Assembly (NCBI GenBank): GCA_051252375.1
Contig: JBPOFY010000001.1
Coordinates: forward strand, 416,001 to 480,000
Direction: 5' to 3'
Length of the DNA stretch: 64,000 nucleotides
Source: Opitutaceae bacterium
Lineage (GTDB): Bacteria > Verrucomicrobiota > Verrucomicrobiia > Opitutales > Coraliomargaritaceae
The notes under the pieces were generated by a model. That model saw only the letters and a list, made by a program, of their open reading frames with translations. It was not told where the DNA came from and ran no database searches. The translations under genes and the position numbers were made by a program. Of this stretch, positions 1 through 11,156 are shown piece after piece. Each line of letters opens with the position of its first letter. Positions within the stretch are counted from its first letter, which is position 1.

Positions 1-1961
1 ACCTTGTCGGTAGCGACGACCGTTTCGGCAAAAGTGATGAGTGCTTCGGTTGCCTCGTCGTTACGGTTGAGTAGGACGTCTTCAACGCGAATCAATAGCT
101 CGGGATCGATCTCTTGATAGACTTCGAGCATGCCTGCGTTGACGATACCCATGTCGAGACCCGCTTCAATGGCGTGAAACAGGAAGGCAGAGTGCATGGC
201 TTCACGCACGGGATTATTGCCGCGGAAAGAGAAAGAAATGTTACTGACACCGCCGGAGGTGAGGGCGCCGGGACAGACTTTTTTTATCTCGCGCACGGCT
301 TCGATGAAATCGACGGCGTAGTTGTTGTGCTCATCCATGCCAGTGGCGACGGTGAGGATGTTGGGATCGAAAACGATGTCGTAGGGATCGAAGTCGAGCG
401 CGCTGACGAGGAGATCGTAGGCGCGTTTGCAGATGCGGATCTTGTCTTCCTTGGTCGCGGCTTGGCCTTGCTCGTCGAAGGCCATGATGACGACGGCGGC
501 GCCGTAGCGCTGGCAGAGCTTGGCTTGTTCAAGGAATTTGGCTTCGCCTTCTTTCAGGCTGATCGAGTTGACGATGCATTTGCCTTGTGCGCATTTGAGA
601 CCGGCTTCGATGACTGACCACTTGGAGCTGTCGATCATGATGGGCACACGGGCGATGGCGGGCTCGGAAGCGACGAGGTTCATGAACTTCGTCATGCATT
701 CCTCGGACTCGAGCATGCCTTCGTCGAAATTGATGTCGATGATGTTGGCTCCGTTTTCGACTTGCTGGGTGGCCACTGCGAGTGCGCCGTCCCAGTCGTC
801 GGCCTTGATCATTTTCTTAAAGCGCGGGGAGCCGGTGACGTTGGTGCGCTCGCCGACCATGACGAAGCTGTGCTTTGGCGCGATGTTGTAGGATTCTAGT
901 CCGCTGAGGCGTTGGGCGAGGGAAAGCTGGGGGATCTTGCGCGGCTCGTATTGGCTGACTTCGTCGACCACGGCGCGGATGTGATCGGGCGTGGTGCCGC
1001 AGCAACCGCCAACAAGATTGACGAGTCCGTCGGATGCGAATCCACCGACAGCGGTGCCGGTGTGCTCGGGTGTTTCGTCGTAGCCAGTGGGGGCGAGCGG
1101 GTTGGGCAGGCCGGCGTTTGGATAGACGTGGACGTAGGTGTCGGCCACGCGGGAGAGCTCGCGCAGGAAGGGGCGCATGAGGTCGGCTCCGAGGGCGCAG
1201 TTAAGTCCGACGCAGAGTGGCTTGGCGTGACGGATCGAGTTCCAGCAGGCTTCGACGGTTTGACCGGAAAGTGTGCGACCGGATTGGTCAGTAATCGTGA
1301 CCGAGACGATGACAGGCAGGCGCTCGTCGAGCGTTTCCTGGAAATCTTCGATGGCGTGGAGGCAGGCCTTCAAGTTGAGCGTGTCAAAGACGGTCTCAGG
1401 CAAGAGCAGGTCGACACCACCTTCGACAAGGGCTTCGGTTTGTTCGTAGTAAGCTTTGTAGAGTTCGTCGTAACTGGTCGCGCGGTATTCCGGGCGATTG
1501 ACGTCGGGCGACATCGAGCAAGTGCGGTTCGTGGGGCCGATCGCGCCAGCGACGAAAGTCGGACGGCCTTCTTTCTCGGAAATTTCGTCGGCTACCTTAC
1601 GAGCGATCTTGGCGGACTCGATGTTGATGTCGCGCACGCGGTGTTCGAGACCGTAGTCAGCTTGCGCGATGGTCGTGCCAGAAAAGGTGTTGGTCTCGAC
1701 GATGTCTGCACCTGCTTCGAAGAAGGCTCGGTGGATGTCGGCAATGAGCTCGGGGCGTGTGATCGAGAGTAGGTCGTTGTTGCCCTTGAGGTCGCCCTTC
1801 ACGTCGTCAAAGGACGCGTCACGGAAGTCGGCTTCACCCAACTTGTGCTGTTGGATCATGGTGCCCATCGCACCGTCTAGAAAGAGGATGCGTTCGGCGA
1901 AGAGGTCAGCGAGTTGCTGCCCTTTTTTAGTCAAAGGTTTCTGGGAAGAGGGAGTGCTCAT
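1..1961 (-). CDS. metH: B12-dependent methionine synthase, N-terminal ~653 codons (runs off the window edge)
   Basis: Missing from the ORF track; translated by hand from ATG at 1961: [38 protein letters not shown], then GLNCALG, PNAGLP, GGCCGT (homocysteine domain), [10 protein letters not shown] and [10 protein letters not shown] (pterin domain). Confidence 0.96.
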   Translation of the reverse strand, partial: MSTPSSQKPLTKKGQQLADLFAERILFLDGAMGTMIQQHKLGEADFRDASFDDVKGDLKGNNDLLSITRPELIADIHRAFFEAGADIVETNTFSGTTIAQADYGLEHRVRDINIESAKIARKVADEISEKEGRPTFVAGAIGPTNRTCSMSPDVNRPEYRATSYDELYKAYYEQTEALVEGGVDLLLPETVFDTLNLKACLHAIEDFQETLDERLPVIVSVTITDQSGRTLSGQTVEACWNSIRHAKPLCVGLNCALGADLMRPFLRELSRVADTYVHVYPNAGLPNPLAPTGYDETPEHTGTAVGGFASDGLVNLVGGCCGTTPDHIRAVVDEVSQYEPRKIPQLSLAQRLSGLESYNIAPKHSFVMVGERTNVTGSPRFKKMIKADDWDGALAVATQQVENGANIIDINFDEGMLESEECMTKFMNLVASEPAIARVPIMIDSSKWSVIEAGLKCAQGKCIVNSISLKEGEAKFLEQAKLCQRYGAAVVIMAFDEQGQAATKEDKIRICKRAYDLLVSALDFDPYDIVFDPNILTVATGMDEHNNYAVDFIEAVREIKKVCPGALTSGGVSNISFSFRGNNPVREAMHSAFLFHAIEAGLDMGIVNAGMLEVYQEIDPELLIRVEDVLLNRNDEATEALITFAETVVATDK

Positions 1962-1966
1962 ATTAA

Positions 1967-1997
1967 ATATCAACGTATCGTTATATCTTGATACGTT
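1967..1997. promoter_or_regulatory. Palindromic operator upstream of metH, SahR/SamR-like
   Basis: AACGTATC(1972-1979)-N10-GATACGTT(1990-1997) is a perfect inverted repeat just upstream of the metH start. The core GTATCGTTATATCTTGATAC resembles the ATATCAAG-N4-CTTGATAT-type SahR box as I recall it. Confidence 0.55.
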
Positions 1998-2020
1998 ATT
2001 GCAAGCTTTGAATCTGCTTC

Positions 2021-3490
2021 TTAGGAGAAGCGCTTCCAGGCCGAGGGCACGAAGAGCACTAAGATGGCGTAAAGTTCAAGACGCCCGATGATCATCAGCA
2101 GCGAGAGGAAGACCTTCGTGCTGCTTCTCAAAAAGTGGAAGTTTTCGGTCGGACCGACGGCATCAAAGCCTGGTCCGATGTTGAAGAGTGTCGCCTGCAC
2201 GCAGGAGAAGACGGTTAGAAATGAAATATGCGGCTCATTGGCAGAGACAAAGAGCATCGCGAGTAACTGCAGGCCCGCCATTAGGATCAGGAAGAGTATG
2301 ACGCTATGAATTGCTCGCTCGCCGAGGGTTTGCCCTCCCATGCGCATCGGGATTGTGACGTTTGGGCGAAAAGCATGTGTGATACTGCGCATGGCAGCGC
2401 GGGTCGCGATGACGATCCGCACGACTTTTACGCCGCCACTGGTTGACCCTGAGCAACCGCCGATAAACATGACGATCAGTAGGATCATTTTTGCTGGAGG
2501 TAGCCATTGATCAAAGTCGGTCGTTGCGTAGCCTGTCGTGGTGATGATGGATACGGACTGGAACGCTGCAGCACGGATGGAGTCGTGGTTCGGGAGTTGG
2601 CCGGTTTGATCGACGAGAAATAAGACGAGCAGGGCAGTGCTCACTAGAATTAAGGCATAGAACCAATAGACTTCGTTGTTTTGTTTTAGAATATGCGTCT
2701 GCCCTCGGAGCAAGCGGATCAAGTAAACAAAGGTAGTGCCACAGATCGCCATGAAGAAAATCGAAATCCATTCAAGCAGTGGGCTTTGGAATTCCTCCAT
2801 GCTTAGGGCTTCAGTGCTGAAGCCACCTGTGGATACTGTTGTCATCGAGTGGTTAATCGCTTGAAACCAGTCCATACCGCCGAATTTATAGGCGAGTGCG
2901 CAAGTAAAGGATGCGACTAGGTAAAAAATCATCAATTGTGTAGCACCGCTCTGAATGCGGCCGTGATCAAAGTCGGCCGAAGTTCCGGAGGACTCATTAC
3001 TAAAGAGAATTTTCGCGCCCGCGCCAAGTGAGGATAGGATAGCGACGAAGAAGACAACTACACCTAAGCCGCCCACCCATTGACTCATAGAGCGCCAGGT
3101 TAGGAGGCTTTTGGGGAATTCGTTGAAATCTGAAAAGGCCGTTGCTCCAGTTGTTGTGAGGCCTGAAGCACTCTCAAAGATGCCATCTGAGAAGTCGCAA
3201 TGCAGCGTGAAGATATAAGGCAGTGCTCCAACAATCGTGGCCAAGATCCATGAAAGCCCGATAGCTATAAGCGCTTCGCGACGGAAGAGTTTGGTCTCTC
3301 CATTGCGGCCGAGGATGTAAAAAATCACAGAGATTCCTATGGTGATGCCAATGGTATCTAGGAAGCCAATGATTGATGGGTCGGAAAATTTTTCTCCAAG
3401 CGCTAGCCCTGTAACCATGCAGATGCCAAAGGCGCATGCTAAAGCTAGCAGGACCATACTCAAGAGTCGGTAGATAATAGCGGTATTCAC
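2021..3490 (-). CDS. trkH: Trk K+ uptake membrane protein
   Basis: Pore-loop motifs [50 protein letters not shown]; multiple TM segments; adjacent to trkA. Confidence 0.95.
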   Translation of the reverse strand: MNTAIIYRLLSMVLLALACAFGICMVTGLALGEKFSDPSIIGFLDTIGITIGISVIFYILGRNGETKLFRREALIAIGLSWILATIVGALPYIFTLHCDFSDGIFESASGLTTTGATAFSDFNEFPKSLLTWRSMSQWVGGLGVVVFFVAILSSLGAGAKILFSNESSGTSADFDHGRIQSGATQLMIFYLVASFTCALAYKFGGMDWFQAINHSMTTVSTGGFSTEALSMEEFQSPLLEWISIFFMAICGTTFVYLIRLLRGQTHILKQNNEVYWFYALILVSTALLVLFLVDQTGQLPNHDSIRAAAFQSVSIITTTGYATTDFDQWLPPAKMILLIVMFIGGCSGSTSGGVKVVRIVIATRAAMRSITHAFRPNVTIPMRMGGQTLGERAIHSVILFLILMAGLQLLAMLFVSANEPHISFLTVFSCVQATLFNIGPGFDAVGPTENFHFLRSSTKVFLSLLMIIGRLELYAILVLFVPSAWKRFS

Positions 3491-3493
3491 GGA

Positions 3494-4843
3494 CTATATA
3501 AGGCAATTGAGAAGGGCTTTTTCCACCTCTGGAGTCACCAGCACGACCACGCGGTCGCCAGCTAGAATCATGTCATCGGCTGCGGGAACCTTCGCTTTGA
3601 ATTTATGCAAGAGCGCGACAAATAAACTGCCCTTGGGCAGGCTGATATCCTTAATCATACGGCCGACGCACGGGCTAGAGTGCTGGATGCGCACTTCGAT
3701 GATTTTACCGCCGTTGTTGGGCATCTCCGCAAGAGTTACCGTGCGGTCGGTGGAAAGGTTGCGCACCATGAAATTGGCGGTCGCACTTCGTGGGGAGACC
3801 ACTACTTCGATGCCCAGCATTGTGCGCAAGATTCCAAGTAGTTGATCGTAGTCGCCCTTGTTTATCACGAGCTGCACGTGGCTGACGCCTAACTTCGCGG
3901 CTTGTAGACAGGTCAAAATATTTTCTTCGTCGTCTTTTGTGCAGGCCACAAAGTAGTCGGCACTACCGATTTGTTCCTCTTCTAATAGACGTAGAGATGT
4001 GGCGTCACCATTGATGACGGTAATATTAGGAAAGCGCTCGGCAAGTTGGCGGCATTTCTTGGCGTCTTTCTCAATGAGGCGGATTTTGAAACGCGGGTTG
4101 GTCAATAAGCGTATAAGGTTGATCGCGGTTTCGCTGCCGCCAAAAAGCACCACAGTGGAAACTTCGGTCTTGTGCTTTGGATCGAAGCGCTCACGTAGCT
4201 CAAAGAGTGATTCAGGATGACCAAAAAGTGTGACGATGTCGCCTTCTTCGAGTTCGGTGTCGGCGCTAGCAACCTCAGTTTTTCCGTTGCGCTGGATGTA
4301 GCCGACGCGGACACGAGGATCGAGTTTGAGGTCTCTCAACTTGCGACCAATGACACGTGCGCCAGGGGCGATCTTCTGTTGCTGCACTTCGATTTGACCA
4401 CGAGCAAAGTTTTCCACCGCAACCCGACCTGCGTTGCGAATTTCTTTAGCGAGTTCGACCGCGCAGATGGCCTCGGGGTTGACCAGCAGGTCGATCCCGA
4501 AGTGAAGTTGATAGTTGATGACTGAGGTGTCGCTGAAAGTTTCGTCGTGAATACGGGCGATGGTATTCTTCGCACCCAATCCTTTTGCGAGGGAGCAGGA
4601 GATGACGTTAGTGCGGTCATCACTGGTCATCGCGAGGAAGGCATCACACTTTGCTACATCGACATCAACCAGTTGACGCGCCGAGCTGCCATTGCCGTTG
4701 ATGATGCGTGCGTTCTGCTCCTCATCGAGCTTTTCACAACGGACGTCAGACTGCTCGATTAGGGTAACATCGTGCCCCTCGGCAGCGAGTGTCGTGCAAA
4801 GATTGTGGCCGACTTCACCGGCACCTACGATAATGATCTTCAT
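3494..4843 (-). CDS. trkA: Trk K+ uptake NAD-binding subunit with two RCK units
   Basis: [12 protein letters not shown]ossmann start, duplicated TrkA-N/TrkA-C pattern, 449 aa, operon with trkH. Confidence 0.95.
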   Translation of the reverse strand: MKIIIVGAGEVGHNLCTTLAAEGHDVTLIEQSDVRCEKLDEEQNARIINGNGSSARQLVDVDVAKCDAFLAMTSDDRTNVISCSLAKGLGAKNTIARIHDETFSDTSVINYQLHFGIDLLVNPEAICAVELAKEIRNAGRVAVENFARGQIEVQQQKIAPGARVIGRKLRDLKLDPRVRVGYIQRNGKTEVASADTELEEGDIVTLFGHPESLFELRERFDPKHKTEVSTVVLFGGSETAINLIRLLTNPRFKIRLIEKDAKKCRQLAERFPNITVINGDATSLRLLEEEQIGSADYFVACTKDDEENILTCLQAAKLGVSHVQLVINKGDYDQLLGILRTMLGIEVVVSPRSATANFMVRNLSTDRTVTLAEMPNNGGKIIEVRIQHSSPCVGRMIKDISLPKGSLFVALLHKFKAKVPAADDMILAGDRVVVLVTPEVEKALLNCLI

Positions 4844-4932
4844 AATGGGCGTCTAAATAGAATTTAAACTTCCGGCGCAGTGTGACGCCCTTATCCTGTA
4901 TTTCCAGAGTATATTTGGGGGTGTTTGGATGC

Positions 4933-4960
4933 TGGAGGGACGTGTTTCACACGTCCGCCG
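4933..4960 (+). repeat. REP hairpin, GGAG-foot family, at the 3' end of the RAYT gene
   Basis: TGGAG-GGACGTG-tttcac-ACGTCC-GCCG; variant of the copies at 5465 and 5534. Confidence 0.85.
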
Positions 4961-5445
4961 TCAATCATGCCAACAGAGTTGGGTTAATTCGCCTTGATAA
5001 GGCCAATCAGTGGTATGACTGACTAGTTTGTGGCGAACTGGGTTGCTGGATACATATTTCCATTTCTCAGAATAGGACTCGCCAGATCGCAATTGCCGGT
5101 CCCAACAAGATTTTTGCCAAATAGGCTTCTGCTCATGAGTGGGCCATTGTTTCGTCGCCAGTGCTTTCCAATATTGGACCCATTTGTGAATGGGTGTGGC
5201 GGAAATACTGCAGGTGCGCAGAATAAATGGATGTGATCCGGTAGGATGATGTATCGGCCTACGTAAAAAGCATCCGCGTCACGCCATGCCTCATTAAGTA
5301 TGTTGTGAGTCGCCTCGTTTGCTAGAATAGGTGCCCTGTTTTTGGTGCAAACCGTGATAAATATAAGATTAGAGCGGTTCCCGATATCCACGATTGGTGC
5401 TGTGGCGGGAGATTTTCGCTGAGGGAGACTGGGCTGGTCGGACAT
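4961..5445 (-). pseudogene. REP-associated tyrosine transposase (RAYT, Y1 HUH family) with a single frameshift
   Basis: From ATG 5445: ...FITVCTKNR...YIILPDHIHLF (HUH motif). Near 5185 the product continues in another frame: KWVQYWKALATKQW...WQKSCWDRQLRSGESYSEKWKYVSSNPVRHKLV...DWPYQGE, TGA at 4961. The 485-nt span is one base short of a multiple of 3. REP hairpins flank it. Confidence 0.88.
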
Positions 5446-5464
5446 GCTTGAAACTTTGGGTATT

Positions 5465-5561
5465 CGGCGGACGCGTGGAAACGCGTCCCTCCTGTTACTG
5501 AAACCCGTATCAAGGACAGGTGTCATTGTTTTCTGGAGGGACGCGTTTCCACGCGTCCGCC
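5465..5561. repeat. Two REP hairpins in inverted orientation upstream of the RAYT gene
   Basis: 5465-5493 reads AGGAG-GGACGCG-tttcca-CGCGTCC-GCCG on the minus strand; 5534-5561 reads TGGAG-GGACGCG-tttcca-CGCGTCC-GCC on the plus strand. Confidence 0.9.
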
Positions 5562-5590
5562 TCAATGAAGTAAGAATAGGATTCAGCTTC

Positions 5591-6517
5591 CTACAACAAC
5601 GCCACTTCCACTCCGAAGGTGGCGCTTTCGCCAGCGCCTACAGCGTGCAGACCTTTGCCATGCTCGGGACTGTTGGGCGGCCCCATCCAAGGCTCGACAC
5701 AGAAAAAGGGACTATCTGGCTTTTCGGTCCAAATGACGAATGCGTTCCAGGTGGAATGTGTCTCAGAATCGTTGAGCAGGCGTATTCCGATGTCTTCCTC
5801 GCCGCCATTGGGTCCAAAAACAGCGGTATCGCCCTTTAATCGTGTGTAAATGCGGTCGCTATTAGCCGGATCGCCGAAGGAGCAGGTCTTGTCCCAGCCC
5901 TTTTCGACCGGTTGCAGCGTTCCATCCGGCGCATGGGTGAAGCATTTCTTGGCCGGAATTTCGAAGCGGTAGTCCTTGCGGGCGAGCCCTTCGTGCCAAG
6001 GAAGTGTGAAATAGAAATGATGCCCGGCGGACCAGAGGATGGGTTTGTCGCCTAGATTATCCAAGCGCAGGTAAACCTTCAATGAAACCTGCTCGAACAC
6101 GTAGCGCACGGTGAAGCGATAGTTGAAAGGGTAGGCTTTGTGGTCGGCTTCGGTCGGCTTGAGTTCTGCGGTGAAGCCTGTCTCGTCGACCGAAACGATC
6201 TCGTAAGTGCCATTTCGGCTGAAACCATGCATGGGCATCGGGCGAACGACACCATCTTGGTCCTTCCACTCACCGATCTTGCCCTTGTTGTAGGTGCGGG
6301 CGGCAAAAGGAAAGAGGATCGGGTTGCCGCCACGGACTTTCGCAAAGTTGTCGTAGTCGGCATCTTCCGGCCAGTGGATGACATCGCGAAACGAGCCGTC
6401 ACCCATACGGAGGTTCCAGTTCATGAGGCGTGCGCCTAGCTCGGGGCGCGCTAAAAAGGTCGAGGGGCCACAGTTCCAGCGGTGCAGCGTGACGCCGTTA
6501 TATTCGATGGTTTCCAT
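5591..6517 (-). CDS. Aldose 1-epimerase / galactose mutarotase-like protein
   Basis: [25 protein letters not shown] and FFCVEPW motifs. Confidence 0.88.
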   Translation of the reverse strand: METIEYNGVTLHRWNCGPSTFLARPELGARLMNWNLRMGDGSFRDVIHWPEDADYDNFAKVRGGNPILFPFAARTYNKGKIGEWKDQDGVVRPMPMHGFSRNGTYEIVSVDETGFTAELKPTEADHKAYPFNYRFTVRYVFEQVSLKVYLRLDNLGDKPILWSAGHHFYFTLPWHEGLARKDYRFEIPAKKCFTHAPDGTLQPVEKGWDKTCSFGDPANSDRIYTRLKGDTAVFGPNGGEEDIGIRLLNDSETHSTWNAFVIWTEKPDSPFFCVEPWMGPPNSPEHGKGLHAVGAGESATFGVEVALL

Positions 6518-6636
6518 AGATCAGATTTGTAGCAGTTTGCGCGCTTTGTCTAGTGCGGGAATCGATCGTTGCGATTTTCCGTTAAATCGGTGCCGAAATC
6601 GGATGTCCATACTTGCGTTCTAGGGGCTGACTTTCA

Positions 6637-8064
6637 TTGTATGGGTCTATGGCAACACCTCGCATCTGCCTTTTACTTTTTACGTTATTTTTTGTGCTTC
6701 CGATGGGCCTTCATGCTCAAGAGGCCGCGCCTGTGGTGGACGATAAGATCGACGTTTACGTCATCCCGATCACGGATGCGATTAGCAAACCGAATTTGTA
6801 TATTCTACGTCGTGGTCTGAAGGAGGCGATTGAGAATGAAGTCGATATGGTGATCCTTGATATGGATACGCCGGGCGGGCGGGTCGATTACACCATCGAG
6901 ATGATGGAGATGTTGGCAAAGTTCGAAGGCATCACCGCAACTTATGTGAATGACGATGCCATTTCCGCAGGGTCTTTCATCGCTGCGGCGACTCAGGAGA
7001 TCTATTTCTCGCCAATCGGTAAGATCGGTGCCTCTGCAGTGATACAAGGCGGCGGTGAGGACGTGCCTGAAACGGCGCGAATGAAAATCGAGAGTTACTT
7101 GCGCGCGAACATTCGGGTGATCACAGAGGATTATCCTTTCCGCTCTGATGTGGTGCGGGCGATGTTGGACGCCGATTTCGAGCTCAAGATCGGCGAAGAA
7201 GTGATTAAGCCGGCGGGCGAGTTACTGACGTTGACGGCTAAAGAAGCGATGCGTGAATACGGGGAGCCCTTGAGCCCGTTATTGGGCAAGGGGATTTATG
7301 AGTCGGTCGAAGAGCTGCTCGATGCTCGATTCGGAGAAGGTAAATATGAAATACGCGATTTTCATCTTAGTTATTCCGAGGAGATCGCGAAATGGATGAG
7401 CACCTTTGCGCCTGCCTTGATGGGCATTGGGTTACTTCTGTTATTTTTAGAATTCAAGACGCCCGGATTTGGTATTTTTGGAATTGGAGGAATCGTCTTG
7501 ATCGCGATTTTCTTCGCGAGTCAGTATATCGCGGGGCTTGCAGGGAATGAGGCGATTTTGTTTTTCGTGTTGGGGGTGATACTCGTCCTGATTGAGTTAT
7601 TTTTCTTTCCCGGTTCGATTGTCTTCGGGCTCGCGGGCTTGGGTCTGATTTTTGGCTCACTGATGTGGGCAATGGTCGATGTCTGGCCGAATGAGCCGAT
7701 CGACTTCTCTCCTGAGATATTCGCCGAGCCGTTGGTGAATATGATTTTTGGCGTGGCGATCGCGGCCTGCGGCGCATTGCTCTTTGGGCGATTTTTCCAG
7801 GGCTCGTTTTTGGAGCGCCGATTGGTGCTGTCTGAGTCCGCTGGTGGGAGTAGTGCGACGATCCGCGCTGACCGAGAATCGACTTTGCCGAGTGTGGGCA
7901 CAAAGGGTGTCGCCGTGACAGATTTGTTTCCCAGTGGCCGTGTTGAAATTCGCGGGACTCGCTATGAAGCGCGCTCTGCGCTCAATTCGATTGATAAGGG
8001 TGCTGCGGTGCGAGTGGTCAAAAGCAGTGACTTTAGTCTGATAGTAGAGGAGGTTGAAGAATGA
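6637..8064 (+). CDS. Long NfeD family membrane protein with ClpP-like domain (YqeZ-like); start may be ATG 6649
   Basis: Signal peptide, LDMDTPGG and AISAG motifs, [11 protein letters not shown] region, C-terminal OB-fold ([13 protein letters not shown]). Confidence 0.9.
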   Translation: MYGSMATPRICLLLFTLFFVLPMGLHAQEAAPVVDDKIDVYVIPITDAISKPNLYILRRGLKEAIENEVDMVILDMDTPGGRVDYTIEMMEMLAKFEGITATYVNDDAISAGSFIAAATQEIYFSPIGKIGASAVIQGGGEDVPETARMKIESYLRANIRVITEDYPFRSDVVRAMLDADFELKIGEEVIKPAGELLTLTAKEAMREYGEPLSPLLGKGIYESVEELLDARFGEGKYEIRDFHLSYSEEIAKWMSTFAPALMGIGLLLLFLEFKTPGFGIFGIGGIVLIAIFFASQYIAGLAGNEAILFFVLGVILVLIELFFFPGSIVFGLAGLGLIFGSLMWAMVDVWPNEPIDFSPEIFAEPLVNMIFGVAIAACGALLFGRFFQGSFLERRLVLSESAGGSSATIRADRESTLPSVGTKGVAVTDLFPSGRVEIRGTRYEARSALNSIDKGAAVRVVKSSDFSLIVEEVEE

Positions 8065-8525
8065 GTGCGATAATTGGTTTTTTAGTAGCTGCCCTCGTAT
8101 TGGTTTTCTTTGAGGTCATTTTACCGGGCGGTGTGCTCGGCGTGCTAGCGGCACTTTGTTTGCTCGTTGCGTCGTGGCTCGGCGGAACGGAGTATGGATG
8201 GCTCGGTGGGGTCGGCGTATTTGGCGGTGGTCTTCTGACCATCGCATTGTTCGTTTATATCGAGTTCAAGCTATTGGCTCGCACCTCGCTAGGTCGCGCG
8301 TTTTTTCTAAAAGAGACGGTCACCGGCCATTCAAATGCAGCACCGGCAGAAGATTCTATTATAGGCGAATCAGGCACGGCACTAACGCGCTTAAATCCGA
8401 GTGGAAAGGTTGCAATTAAAGGCCGGAGCTACGAAGCTCACTCGCAAGACGGATATATTGAGGCGGATGCGCCTATCCGCGTCATTTCACAAGACAGTTT
8501 TAAACTCATCATCAAAAAATTATGA
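8061..8525 (+). CDS. Short NfeD family protein
   Basis: [10 protein letters not shown] start and [15 protein letters not shown]-fold; ATGA overlap with the upstream gene. Confidence 0.88.
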   Translation: MSAIIGFLVAALVLVFFEVILPGGVLGVLAALCLLVASWLGGTEYGWLGGVGVFGGGLLTIALFVYIEFKLLARTSLGRAFFLKETVTGHSNAAPAEDSIIGESGTALTRLNPSGKVAIKGRSYEAHSQDGYIEADAPIRVISQDSFKLIIKKL

Positions 8526-9553
8526 ACCTATCCATGCTCCCCCTCGCCCTTGCAGGCTGGCAACTTGGCGTTGCTGCCGTTCTTGGTCTGATCTTATTGA
8601 TCGTTGGCTTTATCGTTATCTCATTCTTTAGCATCTGGCTTCGTGCGATGCTTTCCGGTGCTACCGTGGGGTTTCCAACTTTGGTTGCTATGCGCTTACG
8701 TGGTGTGCCTGCTTCTTTGATCGTCGATGCACGTATCACTTCGGTGAAAGCTGGCATTGAGATTGGTGCCAATGATCTTGAAGCACACTATTTGGCGGAA
8801 GGTAATGTCATCCAAACCGTGCAGGCGTTGATCGCAGCAGATAAAGCAAACATCGCGCTCGATTGGCAGCGTGCTTGTGCGATCGATCTCGCGACAAAAG
8901 GCACTGGTAAGTCCGTGCTCGAAGCGGTTCGCACTTCAATTAATCCCAAAGTCATCGAGTGCCCTGCTTCTAATAGTGGTCGTTCGACGATCGATGGTGT
9001 GGCGAAAGACGGCATTCAAGTGAAAGCCCGTGCTCGTGTGACCGTGCGATCGAATCTCGACAATTATGTCGGTAGCGCACTGGAAGAAACAATCATCGCC
9101 CGTGTGGGTGAAGGTATCGTGACCACCATTGGTTCGGCTGAATCCTATAAAACGGTGCTCGAATCTCCGGATTCTATTTCCAAAACCGTGCTTGGTCGCG
9201 GTCTCGACGTCGGCACTGCGTTTGAAATTCTTTCTATCGATATCGCCGACGTAGACGTGGGTGAAAATATCGGAGCCAAGCTGCAAGAGTCGCAGGCCGA
9301 GGCCGACAAGAACGTGGCGCAAGCGAAGGCTGAAATGCGTCGTGCCGCTGCGGTCGCACTCGAGCAAGAAATGAAGGCCCGTGTCGAAGAGATGAACGCG
9401 AAGGTTGTCGAAGCAGAGGCGCAAGTGCCACTCGCGCTGGCCGAAGCATTCCGTTCCGGTAATCTTGGAGTGATGGACTACTATCGCCTCAACAACATCA
9501 AGGCCGATACCGATATGCGTGATTCTATCTCCAAAGGAGACGAGTCTAAGTAA
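8522..9553 (+). CDS. floA: Flotillin-like protein FloA (YqfA family)
   Basis: [45 protein letters not shown] and GVMDYY signatures. Confidence 0.93.
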   Translation: MNLSMLPLALAGWQLGVAAVLGLILLIVGFIVISFFSIWLRAMLSGATVGFPTLVAMRLRGVPASLIVDARITSVKAGIEIGANDLEAHYLAEGNVIQTVQALIAADKANIALDWQRACAIDLATKGTGKSVLEAVRTSINPKVIECPASNSGRSTIDGVAKDGIQVKARARVTVRSNLDNYVGSALEETIIARVGEGIVTTIGSAESYKTVLESPDSISKTVLGRGLDVGTAFEILSIDIADVDVGENIGAKLQESQAEADKNVAQAKAEMRRAAAVALEQEMKARVEEMNAKVVEAEAQVPLALAEAFRSGNLGVMDYYRLNNIKADTDMRDSISKGDESK

Positions 9554-9574
9554 TTTTAGGTCGATCGATTCCTG

Positions 9575-10240
9575 ATGGATAATTTACTCGAAATCATCGT
9601 TCCCGTAATTTTTGCGGCGATCTACTTTTTTGGAAACATGCTTTCCGGAAAGGCAGATAAAGACGATGCGCCAAAGCCGCCGCGACGTCGTCCAGGTAAT
9701 GCCGAAGACGACGAAGCGGCCGAGCGGCAGCGTAAGATTCAGCAAGAGATCCGTCGGAAGATTCTAGAACGTCGTCAACAGGCGGAGGGTATGGGACCGG
9801 TGCCACCGGTGGTTTCGCCGCCGCCAATGAGAGGCATGCAGCGTCATCAGCGCGAGCGGACAAAAGAAACGACAGCGCAAACGCGTGAAGCAGCTCAGCC
9901 ACCACCATACGTTGCGCCGACTCATGAAGTTGAGACCGCTCCTGGAGGGTTCTCTTGGGGGGAGTCGGACAATGCTTACGAGAAGGAGATGGAGGTGAAA
10001 TTGCGCCGCATCGAAGAAACCAATCGCCAAGCTGAAAAGTTGAAGCAGAAAGTGGGGAGTCCGCTTGCCGATTCGACAACGACCTCTTCAAAGCGGCGAT
10101 CAAGTGGTCTCCGGTTATCCGGTTCGGTGCGTAGCCAGTTAAAGAATCCAGGCGCAGCAAGGGCAGCCTTTGTCTATGGCGAAGTGCTGGGGCAACCGAT
10201 CAGCATGCGCAAGCAAAGCAGCGTGCCGGGGCTTTCTTGA
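9575..10240 (+). CDS. Hypothetical membrane-anchored protein in the YqfB position
   Basis: N-terminal TM, charged low-complexity middle, C-terminal ARAAFVYGEVLGQP motif typical of genes after floA. Confidence 0.7.
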   Translation: MDNLLEIIVPVIFAAIYFFGNMLSGKADKDDAPKPPRRRPGNAEDDEAAERQRKIQQEIRRKILERRQQAEGMGPVPPVVSPPPMRGMQRHQRERTKETTAQTREAAQPPPYVAPTHEVETAPGGFSWGESDNAYEKEMEVKLRRIEETNRQAEKLKQKVGSPLADSTTTSSKRRSSGLRLSGSVRSQLKNPGAARAAFVYGEVLGQPISMRKQSSVPGLS

Positions 10241-10272
10241 TCAGCCTAGCGTTGTAGAGTTACGATCACAAA

Positions 10273-10299
10273 GTTAGAGGCGGTCGTCCCGACCGCCAT
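10273..10299 (+). repeat. REP hairpin, GTAG-like family
   Basis: GTTAGA-GGCGGTCG-tcc-CGACCGCC-AT; same hairpin as 26153-26178. Confidence 0.8.
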
Positions 10300-10425
10300 T
10301 GCGTCGATCATTGGCACTCGCTCCTATAGCATACAGGTTGAGCAACTCAGACGTGTGGCGATGGAGACCATCGAGTGGCACCGCTTTAACCCGAATTATG
10401 CAGACATGAAATACGTCATTTCATT

Positions 10426-10507
10426 TGGAGGGCAATGCTCTGTCATTGCCGCAGAAACGCCTAAATGCATCGAACCATCGGCGGTTGCGACGGAGCGCAA
10501 CCCTCCA
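10426..10507. repeat. REP doublet (REPIN/BIME-like), copy 1
   Basis: TGGAG-GGCAATG-ctctgt-CATTGCC-GC, spacer, then inverted TGGAG-GGTTGCG-ctccgt-CGCAACC-GCC; closely similar to 24991-25071. Confidence 0.88.
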
Positions 10508-10613
10508 GGGTTTTTACAGAATGCCTTCTTAGGGTAGTGTCAGTCGTAGACCATCGCCTCTACCTCTTGCATGCAGTCGCACTATCTAGCTCTTAGAGTC
10601 GTGCAATTTAGCC

Positions 10614-11102
10614 TTACTCAGCTGTTGGAACTACGAGCTCTGCTGCTTTTTTATCGGCTGCGTCTTTTGCTGAGTCGGCTAAATCGGTTTTCGCTTGTTT
10701 GATCGCTTCGGTGACTTCAGCGAGGCGAGCCTTTTTATCACTATTGATACCTTCCTCTGCCTGAGCTTGGGTCAATCTTTCAAGCACGCCATCACCTCGC
10801 ACGCTGAATGCATAGGCGAGGACCTTGTCGAGTGCATCCTTGGAATCTTTTTGCAAATACCATAGTTGGCGGTGCATCGAGCCTGCCGCTATGCCGTTGT
10901 CGATGACGGCGGCGATGTTAGCTCGCGACTCAGCGTTCATTGAGTCTTTACCTTGAACATATACTGTCAGCGGAAAGACGAGCTCCCCAGCGATTGCATG
11001 TGCGCGCATGTTGCTGGCACCATAGCGAGCACCAGTTTCGAAGACTGCGATAGCTGCGAAAACGAGTGCAAGTGGCAAGAGTAGGGACTTGATCTTATCC
11101 AT
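10614..11102 (-). CDS. Hypothetical protein with N-terminal membrane anchor or signal peptide
   Basis: 162-aa ORF with hydrophobic N-terminus, co-directional downstream of pyk. Confidence 0.7.
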   Translation of the reverse strand: MDKIKSLLLPLALVFAAIAVFETGARYGASNMRAHAIAGELVFPLTVYVQGKDSMNAESRANIAAVIDNGIAAGSMHRQLWYLQKDSKDALDKVLAYAFSVRGDGVLERLTQAQAEEGINSDKKARLAEVTEAIKQAKTDLADSAKDAADKKAAELVVPTAE

Positions 11103-11156
11103 GTGGAGGTGGGTATGTGTTAGGGGGCAAAGAATAGGTCATTGCCAATCAAGTGC

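Noticed and set aside
114..2091. Plus-strand ORFs 114-617, 520-891, 912-1772 and 1669-2091
   Set aside because: Antisense shadows of metH, which the track missed because it has no stop codon inside the window.
4933..5561. Palindromic ~28-nt repeats as a possible CRISPR array
   Set aside because: Mixed orientation, irregular spacing, no cas genes, and they flank a RAYT; they are REPs.
5023..5565. 180-aa ORF taken as an intact gene
   Set aside because: Its N-terminus is translated REP sequence and its C-terminus is out of frame; replaced by the frameshifted RAYT call.
10311..10340. TTGGCACTC as a possible CIRCE element
   Set aside because: Only one half-site, no GAGTGCTAA arm at 9-nt spacing, and not upstream of a chaperone gene.
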